From Lama guanicoe (lineage: Eukaryota), in the NCBI GenBank assembly GCA_013239625.1, contig MU054187.1, positions 11,669,893-11,733,892 on the forward strand: a stretch of DNA of 64,000 nucleotides. Direction: 5' to 3'. The notes beneath the pieces were generated by a model, which was given only the letters and a program-made list of their open reading frames with translations, had not been told where the DNA came from and ran no database searches. Position 1 is the stretch's first letter, and the number at the start of each line of letters is the position of its first letter. This document shows, in pieces, positions 1-12,109 of the stretch. The position numbers and the translations under genes are program-made.

Positions 1-117
1 CCCAAGAAAAATAATTTGAGTAGATATCAACATTTAATCTTATAAAACATGAGATTGTTGTTCCTTGTGAAAGCTAATGTGTACAGTGGAAATCCTGCTG
101 CAACTGGAGGCATTTAC

Positions 118-187
118 CTCAAATTCCTGAAGTGTTCATTGAAACAGCACCTTTCAAGTTCTCTGGAGATGTTCCTTTTTCCAGTAT
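118..187 (-). pseudogene. MIA3: MIA3/TANGO1-like coiled-coil exon, degenerate
   Basis: Reads ILEKGTSPENLKGAVSMNTSGI* versus recalled human MIA3 [24 protein letters not shown]. It is 70 nt (72 expected from the peptide), with a weak GAG acceptor, a TGA at 121-119 and a GTAAAT donor. Confidence 0.7.
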
Positions 188-262
188 CTCCACACAGGAC
201 AGAAATAAAGTATGCACTAAGATTTCAATGAAAACTCAGGGTGATATGCTTAAAAAGTGTAA

Positions 263-726
263 TTTTTTTTCCAGAAACAAAGTATTTTGTTAACTGCAAA
301 ACAAACCATAGAAAATAAATATATTAGCCCTGGTACATGTCCAAAGACTTTGGTGAGCATTCTCTCCAGAAGATATTAAGGCAGTGAAATGAATCTCAAC
401 ATACAAATCTTATAAAGAAAGGAAAGCAAGTGTTATATGTTCCCTTACACATGCTTGAAAGCATCTGGGACTTTCCCTGAATTTCGGTTTGGGGCTGAAG
501 ACAGTGCTCCATTTGAGAGTTTACAGCAGACAGGGCCTCTTCTTTCAAGTTCTAGCACTGGGCGTCCTAGCAGCTCGTTCTGACCCTTTGCATTTTGCAT
601 TTCCTTCTTCAGCTGGTCCTCTTCCACTGCCAGCCTGCCAATCTCTTCCAGAAAGTCTTGGTTTGTTCTGATGGGCAGTTGCTTCTCTTCAACCCTTTTG
701 GAATCCTGTCCCTTCTCAGCCAGTAT
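263..726 (-). pseudogene. JAKMIP1: Processed (intronless) fragment of the JAKMIP1 3' end, short-isoform C-terminus
   Basis: ORF 445-732 reads [70 protein letters not shown] versus recalled JAKMIP1 [73 protein letters not shown]. A shifted frame then gives VFSPKPKF (recalled ILFEPKLKF). A short A-tract near 263-270 may be the tail, so the 3' boundary is uncertain. Confidence 0.8.
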
Positions 727-1335
727 CCACAACTACCCCTAAGTTTCCTGTGATGGCAGCTGATCCAGGTTGAGTCCAGGACAAATGTCAAGCCCATAAA
801 GAAATGTGGAAAAAAGAGACCTCCAGGCACAGATATTTCCTTGCCTCCACAGGCTTCCTCCTCACTGGACAATGGAGGGCATGACTGGACGACAAGGGGA
901 AGCAAGGGTGGGAAACTGCTAATGTCAAAGAGCTCACAAATGAGTGTCCCTGGTGAAATATAAACAAAGTTTACCCAAATTCACATGGAAAATTCTCTGT
1001 TTAACATCAACAGGGCAAGGAGCTGTGCACCTAGTCTAGTAACTTCCTTCACCTCTCAGGTATTTCCTGGCATCTTCTGTGTATCTTGGAGGGCAGTGTG
1101 AGTGGTGAGAAAACCCTCTAGGTTGTGAAAATAAGACATATTTCCTAGTCTCTGAAATAGAAAAAGTCACAGAGGTTTTAGTCCATGAAATTCTGGGTCA
1201 TTGTTCACAGGGAGGTTCCGCTTCTGGGCTCTCACACTCTGCTGTGGCCAAAAGCAGGAGAAGCGGGAGCGCGCAGCTCGCCCAGGGCACAAAAAGCCTC
1301 AGAAACCCGGCTATGTTCAACGCGGCAGCTCTTAC

Positions 1336-1440
1336 CAAGTGTAGACTCTTGGCATCCCTTACTGCCTGCAGCTTAGCTTGAGCAATCTGAATGATGTCAT
1401 TCAAACGTTCATCCACCCTCTCAATGGTTTTCAAGTTCTC
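1336..1440 (-). CDS. MIA3: MIA3/TANGO1-like coiled-coil exon (open, phase 0-0)
   Basis: AG|GAGAAC...CACTTG|GTAAGA, 105 nt. Reads ENLKTIERVDERLNDIIQIAQAKLQAVRDAKSLHL versus recalled MIA3 [37 protein letters not shown]. Confidence 0.7.
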
Positions 1441-1528
1441 CTTCAACGAAACATTGAATTAGTAACAATTACTCATTACTTTCATTTCTGTTTTCAGAAT
1501 GTAATCTAACAAGAGAAGAGGTTCGTAC

Positions 1529-1603
1529 CTTAAACATCAGTGATTTTTTGGCGAGCATCTTTTGCCTGATGGTCTCCTCTAAGCACTTCTTTGCGTTGTT
1601 GGT
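1529..1603 (-). CDS. MIA3: MIA3/TANGO1-like coiled-coil exon (open, phase 0-0)
   Basis: TAG|ACCAAC...TTTAAG|GTACGA, 75 nt. Reads TNNAKKCLEETIRQKMLAKKSLMFK versus recalled [26 protein letters not shown]. An 88-nt intron separates it from the next exon. Confidence 0.7.
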
Positions 1604-1734
1604 CTATGCAACAATGTAATGAAGGAAACCGAATTACAAATACTAATTACACTGCTAGCTGAACCTATCTTGTGTGTGACCCCTTCCACTAATACAGAAA
1701 GTGGTGCTTTACATCTACGACACTTGCTTTATTT

Positions 1735-1921
1735 GTTTTTTTACTGAGATATAGTCAATTACAATGTGTCAATTTTCTGGTGTACAGCATGTTTCAGTCA
1801 CATACATATATACACCTATGTTTGTCTTCACATTCTTTTTCATTATAGATTACAAGATATCAAGTAGAGTTCCCTGTTCTCTACAGAAGAAATTTGTTTT
1901 TTGGGGTTTTTTTTTTTTTTT
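1735..1921 (-). mobile_element. L1 3'-end fragment
   Basis: Reverse complement resembles the L1 3' UTR ends at 21800-22010 and 44900-45070 (e.g. agttccctgttct, gtcaattacaatgtgtcaatt). Confidence 0.65.
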
Positions 1922-2043
1922 AATCTAGGACACTTGCTTTGAACCTAGACCTCTTATGGAACACATGGAACAGGACAGTAGGATGAAAGAAATAGAGAGC
2001 CAAATAACTGAACTACCAGAGGGGGGAGGAACTGAAGGTGAAA

Positions 2044-2045
<2 letters not shown>

Positions 2046-2080
<35 letters not shown>
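2046..2080. repeat. (CA)n microsatellite
   Basis: Direct reading. Confidence 0.95.
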
Positions 2081-2084
<4 letters not shown>

Positions 2085-2103
2085 AGCAAAAGTACAAGGA
2101 TAC

Positions 2104-2192
2104 CTTCTGCACCCAAGCAGATATATTTTCTGCAAGTTCTCTCTTTTCATTCTCCAAATTCTTGATCTGCTCAGTCTTCTGCTTTAAAGTAA
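2104..2192 (-). CDS. MIA3: MIA3/TANGO1-like coiled-coil exon (open, phase 1-0)
   Basis: TTTTAG|TTACT...CAGAAG|GTATCC, 89 nt. Reads (V)TLKQKTEQIKNLENEKRELAENISAWVQK versus recalled [30 protein letters not shown], about 11/30 identical with no gaps. Confidence 0.75.
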
Positions 2193-3415
2193 CTAAAAGG
2201 AGATGAAGTAATTTCTCATATTGGCAAGAAAACCCAGTAGAATAGAATTAGCATGATTTATTAGCAGTAGAGACATACCTGGCTGGCACTATGAGTATAA
2301 TTAACTTTTTAGCTTTACTACTGTGCCTAAAGGAAGCAAATCTTAGTGGCATTGTAAATGTGAGATCATTGAGATTCCTAGTTTAATTTTTTTCAAAGAT
2401 GCAGAAACACAATAAAAAGTCTTCCCCTAAATTCTCTCCCAGCTATAAGCACCATTCTTAGAAATTCATTCAAATACTTCTGACATCACCAGAGATGAAA
2501 AAGAAAAACCAAGCATCCTGTCCCCTTAACATTCTCTCCTCCAACTACTAAGGTAAGTAAACATGCCCCTGCTTAAAAAAAAAGGAAAAAAAAAATAGAA
2601 CCCTTATCCCAGGCAGGTTCACCCCACAGCCAGGCCCTATCTGCAGCACCACAGAAGGCAAGTTCAAAACATCGCCTGACTGGGCCTGCACAGGCCTCCA
2701 GTGTCTTCCTGCTGCCTGGCAGATCATCTTTCATGAAAACCATGCTGGGGGCCCTGAAGGACAAGGTCGCTGGAATTAAACACTTTGGTACCATGTGGGC
2801 TTCCCCACCTAGTCACTGGAGGACCTGGATAACACACAGGCCCTAAATGACAAGCTTTTCCATCGCCAGGATGAGAATGTTACCATCACTGCTTCAGGAA
2901 AGCAGCACACGTAAAACAGCCAGTCACAGGCGACTCCACATGTGAAGTTCTAGAACACAGCCCTCAGAACCAGACTCCTCTCTCAGGCATCTAAGTCCCT
3001 CATCTGACCACACAGTGCACAAGCATCTTCTCTCTGCCCAGCGGGGACGCTCTGATGCTGAGATCCCTCTTCTCAGCACCAGCCCTTCTGCATCATCAGT
3101 CACCAACAGCAGCCCTTGAGGGCCTACTGAGCGCCGGGCAGCCACCCTGCCCACCACGCACAGCCCCACTCAGTCAGCAGAGTGTGAAGCCTGCACAGAA
3201 AGCATCATCCTCAGGCTGAATCACTTCCATTAAGTCCCCACTGCAAACATGTGTTGGCCTATATGGCTCCAAAGGAAAAGCAAAACTCAAAGGCACAGAG
3301 AAACAAAAGAAATTGATACCTGGCTTCTGAGTGTCCACGTGCCAAGTCTTAGCAATTAATTAGCCTATTAATGAATTTACAGCAGTAATTTTTAAAAGTG
3401 AGCTTTTGAGCTTAC

Positions 3416-3431
3416 GTACATATGTTAGTAT
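3416..3431 (-). CDS. Candidate 16-nt micro-exon, possible counterpart of the MIA3 VKDRVYQV micro-exon
   Basis: TAG|ATACTAACATATGTAC|GTAAGC with a T-rich tract upstream. Its phase (0 to 1) fits the 2192 exon and the Tyr aligns with the recalled RVYQV. Confidence 0.3.
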
Positions 3432-3711
3432 CTAGCTTTGAGGTAAAATAAAACATTCTGCCATACCAATTATGAAAAGAACTTTGAATCATCAGTAGAG
3501 AAGGTTATAAATGTATCATGGGTTCATTTTCTGGTGATGGAGGTGGGGGGCAGATTGGGTATTAGAAGGCTAGATAATGTTTGCTGGGCACTAAAGAGTA
3601 TGTAGAAGGGTGGGGAAGAAGTGAAGGAGTTAAGCATTTTGATGAAGACTCCAAGGTAGGTGGATCTTGGTACATCTTGGGGGAAAAGAGGAAACAGTAT
3701 AGCTGCTCATA

Positions 3712-4167
3712 CACTGGTTCTCAAAGTGTGGTCAGGGACCTCTGTGGGTCCTGAAACTCTGCTCAGTTAAAACTATTTTAATATGATATTATTTACCTTT
3801 TTATTCTCATTTGCTTGCAATTGACAGTGGAGTTTACCAGAGGCTACATGATTTATAATATTGCAAGTGTGAATGCAGAAGCAAATATAACAACTCAGCC
3901 ATCTTTTGTTAAACCAGCTTTTGGAAAAAAGTAACACAATGTCTTTGTTTTACCACTATTTTTTGTAAATTTTTTTCACAGAAATATGTTAACATAGTAA
4001 CTTTATTATTGTTATTTTTAAATGAATTTTTAAATAGATATTTTAAAACTTTCTCAGGTCTAACTGTCTAGTACTGTAAACCTAGGTAGATCTAAATCAT
4101 ACACTAAAAACTTTGGGGGGCTTTCAATAATTTTAAGCCTGTAGAGGGGTCTTTAGTTTGAGAGGCA
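3712..4167. mobile_element. hAT-Charlie DNA transposon remnant
   Basis: Starts CACTGGTTCTCAAAGTGTGGTC and ends ...AGTTTGAGAGGCAG, resembling Charlie terminal inverted repeats. Confidence 0.55.
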
Positions 4168-4513
4168 GAGGCTCAAAGTAGGGCTGTAGCCAAGTATATA
4201 TGAGAAATGGGCAGGTAGACAGGTGAGACTACAGACTGGAGCTGAGAAAACCTCTAAACCAGAGATGAAAACTAGCAGTTGTCACTATGAAGGTATTTTA
4301 AGTCACCGGAATCCACAGCACTGCCCACATAAACACAGAGTAAGACATGGTCCAACATCAAGTCCTGAGCAACCTAAGATTTAACAGTGAGGCAGCTCTA
4401 ATCTGCAGGGTGGCGTTATGAAGAGGATTACAACTTCTTTTCAATCTCAAACTACTGTGTACATGTAATTATCAGCAGTTTTTAGTCAGCCTGGTTACTA
4501 TGTATTAACCGGA

Positions 4514-6420
4514 TTACATCCTCAATATACTATTTTTATAGCTCTGTTGAGATATGATTGATATACAATGAGCTGCACATATTTGCAATGCAGTTTGAGA
4601 AGTTCTGACTTCCAGTGTGAAATTATTATCACAATCAGGGAAGTGAATGTACTCAATCACCAAGTCTTTTCTAGCTCCTTTACAATCCTTCTCTCCCAAC
4701 TGTCCCACCCTTCTCTCCAGTTCCCAGACTTGCTCTAGACTAGTGTACATTTTCTCCTGTTTTATATAAATGGAATCCCACAATACATGTCCTTTTTGTC
4801 TGGCTTCATTCACTCGTGATTATTTTGAGATTCATTCATGTGGTATCATGTATGAACAATTCACTCCCTTTTTACTAGGAAGTGGCATTCCACTGTAGGG
4901 ATGTACCAGTGTTTGCTCACGGACGCACTGATGGACTGCCTCCCTTTTGGGACTCCCTGCAACATTTCATGCAGCATTGGTGTACTGGTGATGAGGACTT
5001 TCAGCTTCTGAATGCCTGAAAAAAATCTTTGCTTCATTTTTACAAGATATTTTCACTGAGAATAAAATTCCAAGTTGACAGTTTTTTTTTTCTTTTAGCA
5101 TTTTCAAGATTTTATCCCAATATCTTCTTGCTTGCATTATTTCTGACAAGAAATGTATTAGCCTTTCTTGTTCCTTCCTCTGTGTGTAATGAGTCTTTTC
5201 TTTATCTGTCTGCTTTTAAGATTTTCCCCTAATCACTCATTTGAGCAATTTGATGACCATGTGCCTTGGCGTGGTTTTTTCATGTTTCTTGTGCTTGGGA
5301 TTTATTTAGCTCCTTGGATCATGAGTTTATATATTTTCCACCAAATTAGGAAACTCTTTAGTCATTATATCTTCAGCTATTCTTTTTGCTCTCTCCCCTT
5401 TCAGGGACTCAAAATATACACATATATTTGGCCACTTTTTTTGATTCATTCTCTTGCTGACTGCAGTTTACTATTTTTTCCTCCATTAATATCAAATTTG
5501 CTATAAATTTCAGATATATCTTTAATTTTATATATTATACTTTCTATCTCTAAAAGTTCAATTTGAGTACTTTCCAGTATATTCCACATCTTAATTTTTG
5601 AACAAAAAATACAGTTATACTGTTTTGATATTCTTGTCTGCTAATTCTAACATCTCTGTCATCTCTGGATTAGTTCAGACAGACTGATGTCTTCCCATTA
5701 TGTGTTGTGTCTTCTTGCTTCTTTGCACGTTTTGTAGCTTCTATTATTGCACGTCAGACATTGTGAGTTTTAACTTGTTGGGTGCTGGATATTTTTGTAT
5801 TCCTGTATACCTTATAAAGCTGTGTGGTGGAAAGCAGTTTAGTCACTTACAAAAAGTCTTGCTTTTAAGACTTTTTAAGCAGAACTAGAGCAATTTTCAC
5901 TCCAAGGTGTTTTTTTTTTTTCCCCACTACTAGGGCAAGATGCATCTGAGTATTCTACCCAACACCCTATAAGGGATGAAATTGTCCAGTCTGGCTGGTA
6001 GGAACTGGCCCTATTCCCAGCTCTGTGATTGCCAGGCATTGCCCCCTCTGATCACGTTGGCTGAATCTTTCCCCTGCACAGTTATCTCAGCTGCATACCC
6101 AAGGCGGACTCTCTGCATTCTCCAGTGTTTTCCTTCTGTGCAGAATTCTCCCCTGTTGTATTCTGACTTGTGAATTCTAGCTGCCCTAGTTTCTCCGTAC
6201 TCCCAGCTTCATCTCATTAACTCAGGGAGTCTGTCTGCCTCACACTGGCCCTGCCTTCCCTGAACTGTTAACCTGGAAACTCTCTCAAGGAAGTAAACAG
6301 AGATCACCACAGGGCTGACCTCATTTGTTTCCCATCTTTCAGGGATGACTACCCTTCATGACCTGATGTGCAGTGACTTAAAAACATTGTTTCGTATGGT
6401 TTGTCCATATTTTATATGTG
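4514..6420 (-). mobile_element. Old L1M fragments (3' end plus ORF1/5' region)
   Basis: Minus-strand peptide ARRYWDKILKMLKEKKNCQLGILFSVKISCKNE resembles the L1 ORF1 C-terminal region. 4514-4930 resembles an L1M 3' UTR. Confidence 0.7.
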
Positions 6421-9400
6421 GAGAGGGGTGATAATTCAGGAGCCTGTTACCTATCTTGATCCATTACCCTTTACCTCTTTAATCTTAGAACAACCCATAA
6501 GTTGGGTATTACTATCTCTATTTTAGGAAGGAAACTGGGGACATAGTCAATAGCTTGGCTCACTCAAGTTCAGCTAATATGGTACAGCATTCCTTCCAAA
6601 GCCCTCGCACATAGCCATCATGACATACCACCTACAGAGGACTGAGAGATCGCTGAATGCATCGTTAACACTGGGATTATTATTATTTTTTTATAATAAC
6701 AGCTAGATTCTCACTTTTGTAAACTGGATTAGAAACAGTCTTTCCTTAAAAGGCTTAATAAATGAACTAAGTGAGCCTTGAATGCTACAGACAGCAACAA
6801 GGACTAAAGGTCCTTTAAGGACTAACGATGTTTTTTACATCCACTGGTCAGCCACCAAGGTGAAGCTCCCACTCCCTCCACAACAGTAATTATCAGACAT
6901 CAGGCATCTCAAACAGCGAGGAGGCAGGCATCAACTTCTGAGGCACCGGATCCTTCTCTGGATCGATCTATCTCTGAGTTCTCTTTTACATTACGATAAA
7001 GAAATATATTAGAAATGATAAAACAAATCTGTTGCCTTGCAGCTTCTACCCAATCACGGCAGTTTATAGAAATAACCAAATCCAGAGCTCACGCTAGCAA
7101 GCAGTCAAATACACAAACGTTCTTCCCTGGCAGGGCACTGCAACACAGATCTGACATAGGTTTTCCTTCACATTTTCTACAATGTTCTATTCTTTTCATC
7201 TTGGGATAGAATCAAATCTTCCTAAAATCTGTGAAAATCACATTGAACGATAAACTGCAACCTGACAAAGAGATGAGGAATGAGACAGTAAGATTAATTT
7301 AATATTATATACAATTTAAGATTATGCCACATTTAGTATTAAACACAATTGAACAAAGGCTGCCAATTTTCTAACGAGGAAAAAATCATAAAGGGTACTC
7401 AACAGTAAAACTACACTGAGCACTCGACAGTCCATCTTGAATCAAAAAATCAAATCAACAGCAATATTCAGTTTTTACTCCAGGTAAGATGCTATACCGG
7501 GATAGAGTTAGCATTTTCTTTACATGTGTTAATGATCTCTTCTCAGTTTGGAATATAAACGATGTGAGCAATGGAACTGGATGCCCCTGTCCTTACTGAA
7601 AACCTGGGAGTTAATTCTCACCTGTATTCACTTGTTTAGGACCCTGAGATCCATAGCCAACCTGCCTGCTTTGATTCTGGGCTACTCCACACCAGGAGAA
7701 TTCAGAGCTTTGTGGCCTTGGCAAGTTCCTCAACCTCTCTGTGCCTCCAATTCCTCATCTGTGAAAGAGAAACAGTACTGCTAACTCACAGGATTGTAAT
7801 AAACTTCAAATGAGTTAAAATATATGAAACACTTAGAACACTGGCACACAGCAAATGCTCAGCCGGGGTTAACACTTTATTATCATTAAAATAAGGTGTT
7901 CAATGAAATCAATTCCATTTTACTGGTCGTTTGGACTTTGTCTAATTAGAATGTAATGCCAGCACATAATTGTTTCTACATTCCCGGATACCAGCAAGAA
8001 TGAAGAAGCTGAGAGACACCCTATTTGTACTTAAGAAGGTGATTGCTTGGGACTGTCTGAATGCTGTCATTATAAAACTTGTGCTACAGACAGGCAATAA
8101 GGATCACAAATCCGTCTTATGAATGGTCAAAATAAGGCAAAGATTACTTTAGTAATTTGCTTGAGTTACCCATGGAACAAACAATTGCATTTAATCCACA
8201 TATAGAAGCAAGTCAGTAAGTTACATGAATAGAGCTGCTGCAATATTAAACACCCAGATGTCCAAAAAAGCATTGCCTGTAACTGTCAGTGAGCTTTTGT
8301 TAAGTTGGTTCTCAATTTCATACAAATCACTGAGTACACATTTGATTCTGGAAGTTATTTGACTCTACTCTGCCTTATTCACAATGAAAGAGGGGACGGG
8401 AGGGAATGTAGATTCTTGTAAAGTGGTAGCCAATTTCCAAGCCTGGTGCCCCATAATGTCTCTAAAATATGATGTCCCTCAAGACTCCCAACTAGAAGAA
8501 ACAAGCAGGACCCTGAGAAGGAACTGCCTCACAAGTGCTTAAAGAGGGAATGAATGCACAAATGTTGGAAGCCTAAAACAAATTCAAATTTTGAATTGCT
8601 ATAAACAGTGAGAAACTATGAACACATGGTATGAGTTCGACAGTGAAAAATTCCCATGGAAAAAAAATATCTTCACTGACATCACTCAGGGTCTGACTTC
8701 ATCAGCCACCTGCAGAGGCACGTGCCTGCATGCCACTGACATCACCTCAGGTGCATGCAATTTGGGGACATGAAATAAAGTTCATGAAAGTATACAGCTT
8801 CCTTGAAAAGCAGCGGTTGATTCCCTCTTAGCTTGAGCGTGACTAAAACAAATACTGTAAAATTCCATTCCAGTGAGCAGCTTCTTTGGGTTTACTTGGT
8901 CATCTGCATACATTTCTCTAAGGACCATCTCTCCTGAGATTATCTGTCTGTGAAGCCGTGGCTTACTTTGTTTATCCATATTTCACTTAAATTGACTAGA
9001 TTAAAAACTTTCAAAATCCTGAATAATGCTTGTGAGCAGATTATATCTTAATTAAATGCTGGCGTCCCCCAAGGCATTAGTGACTGCCCCTTTTTAACCT
9101 CTCCCCCCCTTATATAACAATCTTTTCAATTGAGAGACTATATCCAGCGTTCTTATTTAAAGGAAAAACACTGTTTCACAGTCTTGTGGCTCATTTCTTA
9201 CATATTTTTGAAAAAGATGGACAGGGTAAAACCTATATTTTAAAATATGCTTTCACAGAAAAAATACATTCAATACATTTCCATGGTAAACATTAAAAAA
9301 TAAAATAGTCTTAGTCTGACAAGCTCTTAAAAGTGGATTTTTTCTACACATAATCTAAAAGGCATAATCAAATTGGATTTATCTCACCTCTAATCTGTAA

Positions 9401-12109
9401 GACTATAATTATTTCATTCATCATTTTAGTTAAAATGAAAATACCAAAAACACCCACAGTCATTTATAGTTTCTGACCTGTTCCACACCTCAAAACAAGG
9501 GACTTTAAAAGCAGTCCTGCGTTACAACAATCTTTGTCATACTGTCATGTCCAGAACTCCCCCAAGCCCCTCCAAACTGTTAATTTCCTTCTTAGTTCGT
9601 CAAACATTTAATCCCCAGTGCCAAGTGGCTATCAGTGAAGCCAACTCGCATATCAAATTGTGAACCACGTGTGTTCACTGATTTCCTTGAGCTCCCTGTG
9701 ACTGGCTAGGATTCACCTTAAGACATCTAATTGCGCCTACTGTCCTTGACTTTAAACCAAGTTCTACTCCATTGGAATCTTTAAACAGCTCAATAGCTCC
9801 CTCTAGCCTCCGTTTATATACTACACCCACAGGTCACAGTCAAAGGTTAGGGGACTCCAGCCAGCTTATCCTCACTCTCTTGGCCAAGCTTCTTATGTGG
9901 CTGATAGAGACACTCCCCTGATCCAAAAACCCAAGGCTACCCAGTGCCAAATGGTCGTGGTGAGACACTGAGACAAAGTACAGCCATTCAGGATGCCAAA
10001 CGACAGGAAGCAACAAACATGATTTCATGAATAAGCTCAAAATCAATAAATAGCTTTCCCAAGGAAAGAAAGCAAAGGGAAAGTTATCACACGTATTATT
10101 ACTTAGTAGCTTATCCTTTTAACATGAACTGCTTTTTCTGTTTGCATAAGCTTCCTATTTTATAAAACAAATGCAACCTGATGTTTCACATTGAAAATCA
10201 AATGTGTTGTGAAGAATAAAAATAACCCTCAAGGAGACAAGTGCCAAAATTATTTTCCCCAGTGGGCAAAAGGGACGTACAGTAAGTATAAGCATTTCAC
10301 TTCACTATAAAATGTGTATATCTTTATATATAGGCAGATAAATGGATATGAATTTTAAGACCGCCCCCCAGCAAAAAAAAAACAAAAAAAATTTTGAGAT
10401 TTTGATCTTAATCCAACATGCCTTTTTATGATTGAGGGACCACTCATAGATGACATATATTTTTCAAAATAACATCAAGCCATGTTTTTAATGTTAAATT
10501 TTTAAAGTTTGCTATCTTGGCCAAAAATTGATTTTTTTAAAATTACATGTAATTTTCTACCAGTGTTTCTACTGCTCAGCAGAAGGCTAGGATCATTTCC
10601 AAAATGGAACGCCCTGTGTCACTACAGATGATAACAAATGTTGGATTTACGTTGCACATTCTGTATTTCTTTATGATATGGATTTCAGAAAAAAAAATCT
10701 GAAAACTCCACCTTTGTAATCTAGTTGTCCAAAAAAACTACAGGGGTAAATATATACATTTTCTCCCTTTTGGCTACATAAATTAAAGCTGGGAGGCTAA
10801 ATACAATGAAACTTCAAATTTGGAAATGGCCTTAGTGACAGTTTAGTTCCATTCCCATTTTTGCAGATGAAGACATTAAAGAAAGGTCTTGTCTAAGATC
10901 AAAGCTATGTCAGCACAAGAACCAAAGTTAAAGCCCGTGTCCCTTGACCTCGGTCCCAGGGCTCATTATGCTACATTGCTGTCTTCCATTGCCTGTGTTA
11001 TATGAACAAGAATGTTTTTAAACTTCTTTGTCATGGAATAAATACACTTAAATATTTTTTCTGCCTATCCTCCTCCTTCTCCTATTAATTAAAGAAAAAA
11101 AAAACTTTCACATTCTGAATTTGCAGTATAACACAGAGCTGGCCTACATAATATATCAAATCTTTCTCCTACTGTGATGAGGGAGCACTTGAGCCTGGAG
11201 CCAATTAAAATAAACAGGCCCATTGAATCATAAAGGCCTATTTCTTTTCCATGGTATTTGAAAAGAAGAACAGATTTCAGCAAACTGAGTCTTACAAGAG
11301 GTGTGAGCTGAACTTGACATTCTGTGATAGTAACAGATGACAAGACAAAATGTGAAAATTGCATTCCTGAGTTAAAGTGTCTAAGAAAAAAACCCATGGG
11401 AAGAAAATGTACTGATGTCAGTTGGGTTGATTTTCAGTAATGTTACAACACTTTTTAAAAATTGAAAAAGTATTAAAATGAAATCTTTCTAGACCAGCTG
11501 GTTTCTCCTTACCTGACAGACTTTTATGTAATTAGATGTGATCATGCCAATTGCCTCTGAATCAGTGTTTATTTTTCATGAGTAATAGTGACATCTAAAA
11601 AGTATGGAGTGTTTAAGTACATGAAGGCATGTTCCTATGTAGCTACCTGTCTACTATTCATCTCTCTAATATCTAACATACGATATCCATATATTCACTT
11701 AATCATCAGAACAACCGATGTGACAGGTCCTATTAGTATCTCCTTCTGTAAGATATGTACATTGAGGCTCACAGAGATTAATTATCTTGTCTGTTATTGA
11801 CTTAATGATTAACTTGCAAGTAATAAAGGCTGGGATTAGGATCCAGGCAATCTGGTGCTGGAATATGTGCCCTTAATCACTATACGACACCACAATAATA
11901 ATAAAAAAAACTATTTGATGGAACATAAGCACATTCACAGCTACTTAAAATGAATTGTGATAGAAAGTAACATAAAAAATGACTTTCTCAACTTGAAATA
12001 TATGTGCTGAAGGGTCAGAAAATTCCTGAAGGAATATAAAGAGATAAATCTTTCTCTTCTGACACTGCACAAATTTGACTTAATTAATTTGAATGTTCAA
12101 TGGCTTTTT

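Noticed and set aside
2279..2288. 10-nt TAG|TGCCAGCCAG|GTATGT micro-exon
   Set aside because: The phase fits, but it has no pyrimidine tract and no similarity to MIA3; the 3416-3431 candidate is better.
8590..8700. FFPWEFF peptide as a MIA2/cTAGE5 GFPWE transmembrane exon
   Set aside because: No suitable splice sites and the flanking residues do not match.
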